The translations under genes were made by a program, and so were the position numbers. Below the pieces are notes generated by a model. The model had not been told where the DNA came from. It saw only the letters and a program-made list of their open reading frames with translations, and did no database searches. Shown here piece by piece: positions 1-8,522 of a stretch of 32,000 nt of DNA. Position 1 is the first letter of the stretch; every line of letters starts with the position of its first letter. The stretch comes from Nitratidesulfovibrio vulgaris str. Hildenborough. GTDB lineage: Bacteria; Desulfobacterota; Desulfovibrionia; Desulfovibrionales; Desulfovibrionaceae. The DNA is taken from positions 1,350,001-1,382,000 of the forward strand of contig NC_002937.3 in assembly GCF_000195755.1 (NCBI RefSeq), written 5' to 3'.

Positions 1-22
1 CGATCTTCATCCATCCGGAGGA

Positions 23-1132
23 TCAGTAGTCGTCGTCATCCTGTAGGCTCAATGGACGTTGCTGGGTTGCCGTCTCACGCTGAGCAAAAGCGGCGAACCG
101 CTGCTTGTCCATGGCATGGGTCGCGGCATCGCGCGCGCTGATGACCCCCTGTGACAGAAGGCGCATGATGTCGTCGTCGAGGGTCTGCATCCCTTGTGCC
201 TTGCTCGTCTGGAGGAAACTCGGAATCTGGAAGGTCTTGCTCTCGCGGATAAGGTTGCGCACGGCGGGAACACCCAGCATGATTTCCAGTGCCGCCACAC
301 GTCCCGGTTTGTCGGTGCGTCGCAAGAGCACCTGTGAGATGACCGCCTGAAGCGTCTCGGAGAGGCTTGTCCGTATCTGCGCCTGCGTGTCGGAGGGAAA
401 GACCTCCACGATGCGGTCGATGGTCTTCGCGGCCGAGATGGTGTGCACGGTCGAGAGCACGAGATGCCCGGTCTCTGCGGCTTCAAGCGCGAGCGTGATG
501 GTTTCGAGGTCGCGCATTTCGCCAACGAGGATGATGTCGGGGTCTTCGCGTAACGCACCGCGGAGGGCGGCAGCGAAGCTGCGCGTGTCGCGCCCCACTT
601 CTCGCTGGTTGATGAGGCAGCCGCGTGGCGTGTGCACGAATTCGATAGGGTCTTCGATAGTGATGATATGGTCGCGGCGGTGGCTGTTGGCGTAGTCGAT
701 CATCGCCGCAAGCGTCGTCGACTTGCCGCTGCCGGTCGGCCCCGTGAGCAGGACAAGCCCCTTGGGGAGCATGGCGAGTTCCTGAAGCAGCGGTGGCAGC
801 CCAAGTTCATCGACTGAGAGGATGTGCTGCGGAATTTCGCGAAAGGCCGCGCCAACGCCGCGTTCCTGCCGGAAGAGGTTGGCGCGGTAGCGGGCGATGC
901 CGGGGACGGCATGGCTGAAGTCCACATCGCCGCATTCTTCGAAGAGTGCCAGTTTCGCGGGCGGTGTGATTTCGTGCAGCAGGGCGCGCATCATGTCGTC
1001 TGTGAGGGGCGGGTGGTCGAGCCTTTCAAGCCTGCCATGTACCCGCAACATGGGAACGCACCCCACCGAGAGGTGCAGGTCGGACCCGTGACGCTGATGC
1101 AGTATTTCGAAGAACCTGTCGATGGCGGGCAT
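23..1132 (-). CDS. pilT: Type IV pilus retraction ATPase, PilT family
   Basis: ORF 23..1258 trimmed to the ATG at 1132 (MPAIDRFFEIL...), with AAGGA about 8 nt upstream. Readable motifs: Walker A GPTGSGKST, Asp box IITIEDPIEF, Walker B DIILVGEMRD, His box GHLVLSTVHT, PilT signature AVRNLIRESK. Confidence 0.9.
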   Translation of the reverse strand: MPAIDRFFEILHQRHGSDLHLSVGCVPMLRVHGRLERLDHPPLTDDMMRALLHEITPPAKLALFEECGDVDFSHAVPGIARYRANLFRQERGVGAAFREIPQHILSVDELGLPPLLQELAMLPKGLVLLTGPTGSGKSTTLAAMIDYANSHRRDHIITIEDPIEFVHTPRGCLINQREVGRDTRSFAAALRGALREDPDIILVGEMRDLETITLALEAAETGHLVLSTVHTISAAKTIDRIVEVFPSDTQAQIRTSLSETLQAVISQVLLRRTDKPGRVAALEIMLGVPAVRNLIRESKTFQIPSFLQTSKAQGMQTLDDDIMRLLSQGVISARDAATHAMDKQRFAAFAQRETATQQRPLSLQDDDDY

Positions 1133-1307
1133 AGGATGTCCTTGTGGTTGTCGAAGCTGGCCATGCGCCGTATGGTTCGGGGCCGACGCACGAGAGCCTT
1201 CCGCGGCTGATGGTATGCGAGCGGCAGAAATTAGCAACCCCCATATAATAATAGTCAAAGGTGTCGTGCCACGTTACAGGCGACGCATCCGCGAACGAGG
1301 TTCCCCC

Positions 1308-2111
1308 ATGCACCAGCTACCCCCTGAACTATTGCCGTGGTTCGCTCTTGTGTTCGGTCTCGTGTTCGGCAGCTTCTATAATGTCTGCATCCATCGGTAT
1401 ATCGCGGGCGAATCCATAGTATGGCCTCCTTCACGGTGTCCCAAGTGCGAGACGCGTCTTGGCATACCAGACCTCGTGCCTGTATTCAGTTATCTTTTCC
1501 TGCGCGGAAAGTGCCGTCATTGCGGCAGTCACATCAGTGTGCGCTACCCCGTTGTCGAACTTGCATCGGGTCTGCTGGCCTTTCTTCTGATGCACCGCTA
1601 CGGTCTCACATGGCCTTTTGCCGTGTACTATGTCTTTGGCAGTGCACTGCTGGTGGCTTCGTTCATCGACTTCGAACTCTTCATCCTGCCCGACCCCATC
1701 ACGCTGGGCGGTGCCGTTCTCGCCCCGCCCGCCGCCATCCTGCTACTCGACCTGCCGTGGCAGGCGAGCCTTGCCGGGGCTGTCGTAGGCGGCGGCGGCT
1801 TCTGGCTGGTGGCTTGGCTGTTCCGCAAACTGCGCGGTGTCGAAGGCATGGGCCTCGGGGACGTGAAGCTCATGCTGCTCATCGGCGGGCTGTGCGGCGC
1901 GTCGGCGTTACCTCTCGTTACCATCATCGCGGGCTGTGCCGCGCTGGGGGCGAGTCTGTGGTTTCTCGCCCGACGCGAGAAGGGAACGGACGCGCGAGAG
2001 GTGCAGATTCCGTTCGGGCCCTTCCTCAGTCTTGGTGCGGTGATGCACATGCTCTATGGCCCGGACATCATCCACTGGTGGATAGCCCTTGTCACCGGAC
2101 GGCCCTTCTAG
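1308..2111 (+). CDS. pilD: Prepilin peptidase / N-methyltransferase (A24 family, PilD/GspO)
   Basis: ORF 1122..2111 trimmed to the ATG at 1308 (MHQLPPELLPWFALVFG...). Cys pairs CPKC...CRHC match the methyltransferase region. Catalytic-Asp contexts FIDFELFILPD and GMGLGDVKLM are present. Polytopic membrane profile. Divergent from pilT. Confidence 0.9.
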   Translation: MHQLPPELLPWFALVFGLVFGSFYNVCIHRYIAGESIVWPPSRCPKCETRLGIPDLVPVFSYLFLRGKCRHCGSHISVRYPVVELASGLLAFLLMHRYGLTWPFAVYYVFGSALLVASFIDFELFILPDPITLGGAVLAPPAAILLLDLPWQASLAGAVVGGGGFWLVAWLFRKLRGVEGMGLGDVKLMLLIGGLCGASALPLVTIIAGCAALGASLWFLARREKGTDAREVQIPFGPFLSLGAVMHMLYGPDIIHWWIALVTGRPF

Positions 2112-2418
2112 CGCCTTCTGATGGGTGGATGGATTTCCCCTTGTGCAGGGCACACTGGCGTGTCGTCGCAACCGTCCGTCAGGTGACCGGGGATGTCGGG
2201 TGCCGCGAACATACCCTGCGACCACGCCCGGTGGCTTTCCGATGCCCTTCCCCTGCGGTAGCCTGCCGGATGGGGGCTGCACTACGGCGGTCTGGCTGCG
2301 TGGCGTGGGGAGCTTGCTGTGACGAGGGTGATGACACTGGTGTGTGTCCACTGATGCGGCTCACCTGCCAGCGCCAGCCTGTGCATTCTCTCACGCTATT
2401 GTCGATGCCGCGTGGCCT

Positions 2419-3180
2419 TCAGCGGCGACTCAGGCGTTCGTAGGTCGCCATGACCTTGGTGACATAGTTCTGTGTCTCCGGAATGGCGGGAATGCCTCCG
2501 CAACGTGCCACTCTTTCGGGTCCGGCGTTATAGGCGGCGAGAGCGAGGCGCGTATCGCCAAAGCGCTGCATGAGCGACTTCAGATAGCGCACGCCACCCT
2601 CGACGTTGGCGTCGGGGTCGAAGGGTGCCTCCACCCCAAGGTCCTTCTGCGTACCGGGCATGATTTGCATGAGTCCCTGCGCCCCGGCGGATGACACGGC
2701 GGTGGGGTCGTAGTTCGATTCCACGGCGATGACCGCCTCGACGAGGTTGGGGTCGAGTCCATGGCGTTTGCCGTACTTGTCGGCAAGGCTGTGAATGCCC
2801 CGGGTGCCCACGGTGCGCACGAGGTCGTGGACGCGAAAACGCCCGAACACGCGATACCGTCCGTCGCCGCATGGCCTGTTGGTGAGGTGGACGACACCAT
2901 GTTCGTCGACGTATTTATAGATGGTGACGCGCTCTTCACCCGCGAAGGCGATGCCCGCCCGTCCGGAGTCTCCCCTCCGTCCTGTCTCTTCCGGTAGGAT
3001 GGGCAGTGTGCTTGCAAGCAGGATGAAAGCGGCAGTCAGCGCGGGCAGGGGCTGCCGGCCGGTAGCGCTGCGCTGCCTGAAGCGGCGTAAAAGGCTTCGC
3101 AGCCGGAGGGTTACGGCGTAGTATAAGACGGTGCAGCAACGTGGCACGTGGAGATGTTCGTTGGTCGTGAAAGGCAGCAT
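2419..3180 (-). CDS. Lytic transglycosylase (SLT domain) with N-terminal DUF4124-like module
   Basis: SLT catalytic region AVIAVESNYDPTAVSSAGAQGLMQIMPGT and AYNAGP motif. DUF4124-like IYKYVDEHGVVHLTNRP follows a signal/anchor helix. Start is uncertain: ATG 3180, GTG 3147 or TTG 3204. Confidence 0.8.
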   Translation of the reverse strand: MLPFTTNEHLHVPRCCTVLYYAVTLRLRSLLRRFRQRSATGRQPLPALTAAFILLASTLPILPEETGRRGDSGRAGIAFAGEERVTIYKYVDEHGVVHLTNRPCGDGRYRVFGRFRVHDLVRTVGTRGIHSLADKYGKRHGLDPNLVEAVIAVESNYDPTAVSSAGAQGLMQIMPGTQKDLGVEAPFDPDANVEGGVRYLKSLMQRFGDTRLALAAYNAGPERVARCGGIPAIPETQNYVTKVMATYERLSRR

Positions 3181-3940
3181 GGAGGTTCCCGTGAGTCGTC
3201 GCAATTATGTTTCCCTGACCGGAGTGGCGGTCCTTGCCCTCGCGGGGCTGGTCATCTTCGCGCGTCCGGCCGTTTCGGGCAAGGTCTACATGTGGACGGA
3301 CGAGGCGGGAGTGCGTCACATCACCGACACGCCTCCGCCTGAACAGAAGAGTGGCGTGAAGGAACTCACCGCCAATCCTGCGCCTGCCCGCGAGGCTGCC
3401 CCGGCACCTGCTGCGTCAGCCGCCCCGGGAGGGGCATCGGGAAGCGTCTGGGGCGGTGGTCCGGGGGCCGCTGGCATTCTGCCCGGTCTGCTTTCGGGCC
3501 AGAATCCGGGCGGGGGGGCTGGCAATGCCCCTTCAGGCAGTGCCGGTGGGGCAGGCGATGCCGCCAAGGGGCTTGTGCCTGCCTCGGTTGCCGACGACCT
3601 TGTGCGGAGTGCCTTGCAATCGGCACAGGAGCAAGCCAGAGATGGCAATCTGCCCGGCATGGCTGCGCCGGGTGACGTCATGCCCGGTAGTCCGGTTGCG
3701 GGCACCGAAGCCCCCGCGCGTGCCCCTTCCGCAGCCGACGAAGCGCGTCTCAATGAACTGCGTACCCGCCTCGATGCGCTTGAGAAGGAAAAGGCCGCCT
3801 ACGACCTGCAAGAACGCCGGGCGCGCAGCAAAGGCGACGGCTACGCCAAACAGCGGGCACGCTACCGCCAAAGCGACGTGGAAAAGCGCATCGATGAAGT
3901 GCAGGAGCAGATGCGGTCGCTCACCCCTGCCAGCGAGTGA
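3179..3940 (+). CDS. DUF4124-like secreted/anchored protein with Ala/Gly/Pro-rich linker and C-terminal coiled coil
   Basis: Signal-like SRRNYVSLTGVAVLALAGLVIFARPAVSG, then KVYMWTDEAGVRHITDTPPP (DUF4124-like). A low-complexity A/G/P tract follows, then a charged heptad-like tail (LNELRTRLDALEKEKAAYDLQERR...). Alternative start GTG 3191 sits 4 nt after GGAGG. Confidence 0.65.
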   Translation: MEVPVSRRNYVSLTGVAVLALAGLVIFARPAVSGKVYMWTDEAGVRHITDTPPPEQKSGVKELTANPAPAREAAPAPAASAAPGGASGSVWGGGPGAAGILPGLLSGQNPGGGAGNAPSGSAGGAGDAAKGLVPASVADDLVRSALQSAQEQARDGNLPGMAAPGDVMPGSPVAGTEAPARAPSAADEARLNELRTRLDALEKEKAAYDLQERRARSKGDGYAKQRARYRQSDVEKRIDEVQEQMRSLTPASE

Positions 3941-4390
3941 CGGATGCCAGTTGTGCGTCTTACGTTCGTCTGACGTCTGACGACGGCTGCATGACGTATT
4001 TCGACTGTCTGCCTGTCACCTGCCGGGCTACGTCTGGTCATGCCCGACCACGCCAGCCCAAGGCTGAACAGGGCAGGGGGGCAGGGCAACGTCCGCTGGG
4101 AATCGTACCCCCCAATAAAAAACGGTAGTTCAGACGAACGACCGGCAACAGCCTCCCGACGTGTTGAGCGATGCCTCATGCGTTGGCAGGGGTTTCCGAG
4201 TGTTCTTCTGCTGGCGGACTCGACGGCAGGGTTGTAGCCGTCGGCATGTGTTGCTCTCACATCCGCAAGCTCTTGCGCCCCGTGCGCCTACCGTCGTTAT
4301 CTCCCTGCCGCAAAGCATGAAAACTGCGACACCCGGCCATTCCCGCCATTGAACCCCACCGCTATTGCACAAAACCACCTGCCGTAACCA

Positions 4391-7300
4391 TCACTGCTGT
4401 ATGGGGGGCAGAAATCCCTTGCCGCCACGCAGGTCGAGTTGCAGCCCGAAGTCGTCGAAATAGAAGTTGGTTCCCGTCGGTCCGCTGGTGACGATGGAGA
4501 TACCTTCTGACGGGCTGTAGACTGGGTTGTCAGGGTCATAGGTCGGTGAAAGCAGGTTGGTACTCCGGACAATCGTTCGTGTGCGTTGCGAACCGTTGAT
4601 GTACTCGTTAAGGGCTGAAACGCCCGCCACCCCGGAACCCACCAGCGTCGCGTTCCCGGAGTTCGTCCCACCTGACGTGTTCACGACATCCCATTCTACC
4701 AGAGAGAAATAGTCGGTGGCAGCTTTCCACTGCTCGTAGTCGTCGGGTATCCAGCGCAGTTTGTCATTGTCGCCAAGGCGCGGGTTAGAGCGCCTGTCGG
4801 CGGACGAGAAGCCTCCGTTGCCGCCGGGGGCTTCTGGAGTGCAGGGGTTCGCGTCTCCCGTGCCGTTGCGTTCGGCGTCTGAGTAGTAGACGCGAATGAA
4901 GTTGGTCTTCGCCCCCAGTCCGCCGGTGCCTATGGTCGCGTGACTCACGTTGTTGACTTTCAGGGTCTGGCCGTTGCTGAAGTTCCCCGTCGCCCCTGTA
5001 TCCACGTTGGTCAGCACTAGCCGCCCTGAAGCCGTGCCGGATGTCCAGTCGCCGCTTTCGACGATGGGCTGACCGATGACCCGTGCCTTGGCGCCTGTCT
5101 GGGTGATGATTTCGTCGCCGTAGTTGATACGCAGTATACCGCCTGCCCCGTCAGACCCGCCGCCGTTGGTGAACTGCAATTCCTGTCCTTCGACAAGGCG
5201 CACCAGCAGGGTCGGCCACGCGTCGAGTCTGTATGTGGGGCCATTCTTACTGTAGGTGACAATACCCGATGAACTTCCAAGCTTCTTGTAGGCAAGCCAG
5301 CGAAATTGGCCATTCCTGCGTTCCCAGAGCATGATGGCAGGCCACGAATAGCGGCTCTCTTCATAGAAAATCCACCATCCCTCATCGACAATCTGGTTCA
5401 GGTCTTCATTATCGCCGAAAAGGGGGCCGCCCACATCGGGGTTGGGCGTGGCGTTGTAGCCCGGTACGAGTGAACTGGGAACGTCGTTGGGCCAGTACCA
5501 TCTGTCATTGAGCCATGTACGCCTCTGTCGAAAACGGACGAACGATATCCCGTAGCCGTCAAGGTCGTCTGAACCGCTGTTACGTCCTCTGAAGAGGAGG
5601 CCACCGAAGAAAGCCTTGCCCGAATCCTGATTGACATTGACCTTGAACTGGAGGTCGTAACTTGAGTTGCCGTAAGTGTCGGCCCATCCCCGTGCGAGGT
5701 TGACGTTCGTCCTGCCCCAGTTGAAGAACAGCGAACTCCATTGGTTATCACCCGAAAGCCATGACAGAAAACCGCCAAAGCCGGAGGTGGCAGCCGTCTG
5801 CATCCCGGTAACGCGTAGCGCCCCCCCGGACAGGGCGTGCGTCCCCAGATGGCCTTGACTGGAATCGCCCGTGAACCAGTTGGCGAGGCTTGCGAAATTG
5901 TCCTGATACTGTTCCTTACTGAAACTGCCCCCCCCAAGAATCCAGCCGATGGGCACGTTGTAGATGACCTCGCGCGCCATGCCCCCTGCGGGGATGCCCG
6001 TGGAGTGCAACCGCAGGTACGATTCAAGGGTCACGTCAGAGGCGGAAGACAGCGAGATGTCGGACCACGTCACGCCCTGACCTTCGACGAGGCGCACGTC
6101 TTCAAGGGTGTTTCCGTTCTTGCGCCGGTAGACGTAGGCGATGCGTCCATTGTTGGCGACGGGCCCGCCGCGGACGGTGAACATGCCGTTCACGTTGGGA
6201 AAGGCTGCGGCATGTGCCGAGTTGAGCGTCAGGTCTCCGTTATTGCCCACGGATGTGCTTGTGGGCGTGGCACTCAGGAAGATGTCCGCACCCGTATCGA
6301 TAGGGGGGGAAGGCGTCTGCGTCAGGGTGAAGGTGACCGTGTTGCCCGATGCCTGAATGTTGCTGTAGGTGTAGAAGACTGCGGCGTTGCCGATGCGTAG
6401 CCGCCCCGTGGTGTTGGTGGGCAGTGTGGGGGCGGTGCCGTAGACGCGCGTGACCAGCCGCGTTCCGGTGTTGCTGGTCGCCTCGAACCAGTAGGGCTCT
6501 ATCCCAAGCCGGAATGCCCCTGCATTGTTGGCGAAGGTATAGGTCGAACCGTCCATGGTCTGGAGAAGGTTCTTGCGGGCCTGTTCGTCTCCGGCGGCAA
6601 GGAACATGCTGCCCGCCGCCCCGAAGCCCGACTCCGCGAGATAATAGGCCTGGTCGCCCTGCACGGCGAAATAGCTGTTCTGCGTCGAAGCCGTCATCAT
6701 GGGCACCATGGCTGCGCCGATGACCGAAAAGGCCACGATGGTGACGATGACGCTGATGAGCACAGCACCGCGCGTACGCCCGCCGTTGCGACCATGGTCA
6801 GCGGCGGGCGGGTCGTGGCGCGCAATACAGGTGCCGTCAGACTTGCCGGTGTCGTTGCCGGAGAGATGCCTTGCGGTGGTGGGGCTGTTGTTGTCGGCGG
6901 CAGCCGTCTGTAACGGCGTGGTCTCTCTGTGCAGGGTGCCGCCGTGCAGTGCCGCCCCCAGCATGTGCCCAAGCACGAGAGACAGCATGAACAGGGTACC
7001 AAGGGCTATCGGGGCGTGCACGGCCATGCCGCACAGCGCGGCAAGGGGCGTCAGTATGCCCATGACGGCGGCCCGTACCGTATCATGCCCTTGCAGCATG
7101 TCGGCGAGTCGCGGCCCCACGGTGTAATAGGCGCGTACCAGCATGCGCCCCCCGCCCCATGTGAGCAGAAGCCTGTCACGGAATTCTCGTAGCTGCACCA
7201 CCACCGGGTGGCTTGTGTCACCGCTGGCAGCGGTAGCCACGAAGCAGATGTCGAAGCGTTCCAGAGAAGGCGGCACGGCTTCTGGCAGTGCGCCGCCGCG

Positions 7301-7828
7301 ATTCTCGTTGTTGCGCGGTACGATGCGGTTGCTGAAGGTGCGTGTGGTGCCGCCGGGCGCGGTGAGGGTGAAGGTCACGTCCACGCCGGAGAGGAGTCGC
7401 GGGTCTGTACCAGCCGACCATGTGGCCGTGGAGACATCTTCCTGCCAATAGTTGAGGCTGAAGGCCGTGACGTTGTCGATGAGCGTGTCACCATTCTGTG
7501 CGCCCTGTGCGCCGTTGGCGATGCGAATCTCGCGGGCGTTGGCAACATATTCTATCGACCTGTCGAATTGCCCCGCGCCGCCCGCCCCCACGTTACGCAC
7601 CACAAGACGGGTGGCGCTGCTGTCTGCGGGGACGGCGACCAATTCAATCACTTCGCGGGTGATGCGGTCGAGCGCAAGTTGTGCCTCCATGGCCATCGCA
7701 CCGGCTTCGCGTGCCTGCACGAAGCCGCGCACGCCGCTGACGATGCCCACACCTGCCACGGCAGCGATGACTCCGACGATGAGCAGTACCGCCACGGTCT
7801 CTATGAGTGTGAAGCCCTTGGCCTTCAT
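4391..7828 (-). CDS. Giant (1145 aa) prepilin-type protein: PilW/GspJ-like minor pilin + CFI-box-like hydrophobic module + PilX/GspK-like helix + large beta-rich C-terminal domain
   Basis: Uninterrupted ORF. N-terminus MKAKG|FTLIETVAVLLIVGVIAAV has a class III signal with Glu+5. AGGAGA RBS overlaps the upstream stop. See findings for domain boundaries. Confidence 0.85.
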   Translation of the reverse strand: MKAKGFTLIETVAVLLIVGVIAAVAGVGIVSGVRGFVQAREAGAMAMEAQLALDRITREVIELVAVPADSSATRLVVRNVGAGGAGQFDRSIEYVANAREIRIANGAQGAQNGDTLIDNVTAFSLNYWQEDVSTATWSAGTDPRLLSGVDVTFTLTAPGGTTRTFSNRIVPRNNENRGGALPEAVPPSLERFDICFVATAASGDTSHPVVVQLREFRDRLLLTWGGGRMLVRAYYTVGPRLADMLQGHDTVRAAVMGILTPLAALCGMAVHAPIALGTLFMLSLVLGHMLGAALHGGTLHRETTPLQTAAADNNSPTTARHLSGNDTGKSDGTCIARHDPPAADHGRNGGRTRGAVLISVIVTIVAFSVIGAAMVPMMTASTQNSYFAVQGDQAYYLAESGFGAAGSMFLAAGDEQARKNLLQTMDGSTYTFANNAGAFRLGIEPYWFEATSNTGTRLVTRVYGTAPTLPTNTTGRLRIGNAAVFYTYSNIQASGNTVTFTLTQTPSPPIDTGADIFLSATPTSTSVGNNGDLTLNSAHAAAFPNVNGMFTVRGGPVANNGRIAYVYRRKNGNTLEDVRLVEGQGVTWSDISLSSASDVTLESYLRLHSTGIPAGGMAREVIYNVPIGWILGGGSFSKEQYQDNFASLANWFTGDSSQGHLGTHALSGGALRVTGMQTAATSGFGGFLSWLSGDNQWSSLFFNWGRTNVNLARGWADTYGNSSYDLQFKVNVNQDSGKAFFGGLLFRGRNSGSDDLDGYGISFVRFRQRRTWLNDRWYWPNDVPSSLVPGYNATPNPDVGGPLFGDNEDLNQIVDEGWWIFYEESRYSWPAIMLWERRNGQFRWLAYKKLGSSSGIVTYSKNGPTYRLDAWPTLLVRLVEGQELQFTNGGGSDGAGGILRINYGDEIITQTGAKARVIGQPIVESGDWTSGTASGRLVLTNVDTGATGNFSNGQTLKVNNVSHATIGTGGLGAKTNFIRVYYSDAERNGTGDANPCTPEAPGGNGGFSSADRRSNPRLGDNDKLRWIPDDYEQWKAATDYFSLVEWDVVNTSGGTNSGNATLVGSGVAGVSALNEYINGSQRTRTIVRSTNLLSPTYDPDNPVYSPSEGISIVTSGPTGTNFYFDDFGLQLDLRGGKGFLPPIQQ

Positions 7829-7838
7829 GGTTCGTCTC

Positions 7839-8522
7839 CTAGCGCGAGAACAATGTGGTGGCCTGCTGGCCGTTCACTTCGATGGTCACGCGCAGCATGT
7901 CGCCGTTGGCGTCGGCTTGTTCGGCAAAGGCGTTGGTGCCTGTGTTCACGAAACGGATGCGCCGATTCACCACCACGGTATAGGTTCCATAGGTGGTACT
8001 CACCGTGCTGCCCGCAGCACCGATACGCCCGCTGATGATGCCGATGGGGTTCTCTTCGGTGGCCCACAGGTTGCGGTAGTCCGCGGTCATGGACTCGATG
8101 GCATCGGTGAGGCGCGACTGTGCGTCAGAACGCACAAGGCTTTCGGCGCTGCCGCGCAGTGCGGTACCTGTCATGGTGAGCAGCATGGTGGACATGATGG
8201 CGGCAAGGATGATGGTGACGATGATTTCAATGAGTGTGAAGCCGCCCTGGGCATGACGGGAAGACGCGGACGTGAAGGCGGCAGGGCGAGTGGATTGGGC
8301 GATGCTGTCTGCAGGCGGTGGTGCCGGTGCTGCATGGTTGAAGGCAGAACATACGGCAGAGGTTGCGGAATGGGCGGTAGGGGCAGCAGGCTGGCACAAC
8401 GTCTGGCACTCCGCGTGGCCTGCCATATGGCGTGTCGCGCAATGCGAAGAATACCCCGGAGTATGGCGTGCCCCATGGCGCGAGACTGGGTATGGTAAAT
8501 GGCGGCAGGGCTGACGTTTCAT
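7839..8522 (-). CDS. Minor pilin (prepilin-type N-terminal cleavage/methylation domain; PilV/GspI-J-like) with unusually long leader
   Basis: GG|FTLIEIIVTIILAAIMSTML at aa 134-136 of ORF 7839..8645. The ATG at 8522 forms an ATGA overlap with the upstream stop. Nearer in-frame starts are only ATG 8426 and TTG 8399, so the leader is at least 52 aa. Confidence 0.7.
   Translation of the reverse strand: MKRQPCRHLPYPVSRHGARHTPGYSSHCATRHMAGHAECQTLCQPAAPTAHSATSAVCSAFNHAAPAPPPADSIAQSTRPAAFTSASSRHAQGGFTLIEIIVTIILAAIMSTMLLTMTGTALRGSAESLVRSDAQSRLTDAIESMTADYRNLWATEENPIGIISGRIGAAGSTVSTTYGTYTVVVNRRIRFVNTGTNAFAEQADANGDMLRVTIEVNGQQATTLFSR

Noticed and set aside
1221-1249. TATAAT at 1244-1249 as a pilD promoter
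   Set aside because: The -10 hexamer is perfect, but the best -35 at 17-nt spacing (GCGGCA) is poor. This is too weak to list as a feature without TSS data.
1133-1258. N-terminal 42-aa extension of pilT in the ORF track, and similar extensions of pilD (1122..1307), pilQ (15934..16392), pilA (11007..11285), galU, priA, cdaR and the receiver
   Set aside because: The extensions are Arg/Pro/Cys-rich, overlap neighbouring genes or intergenic DNA, and precede internal starts. Those internal starts have better RBSs and give canonical N-termini.
1421-2443. 340-aa Arg/Cys-rich ORF overlapping pilD in another frame
   Set aside because: Composition is typical of an off-frame read of GC-rich coding DNA. 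The pilD frame has catalytic and Cys motifs.
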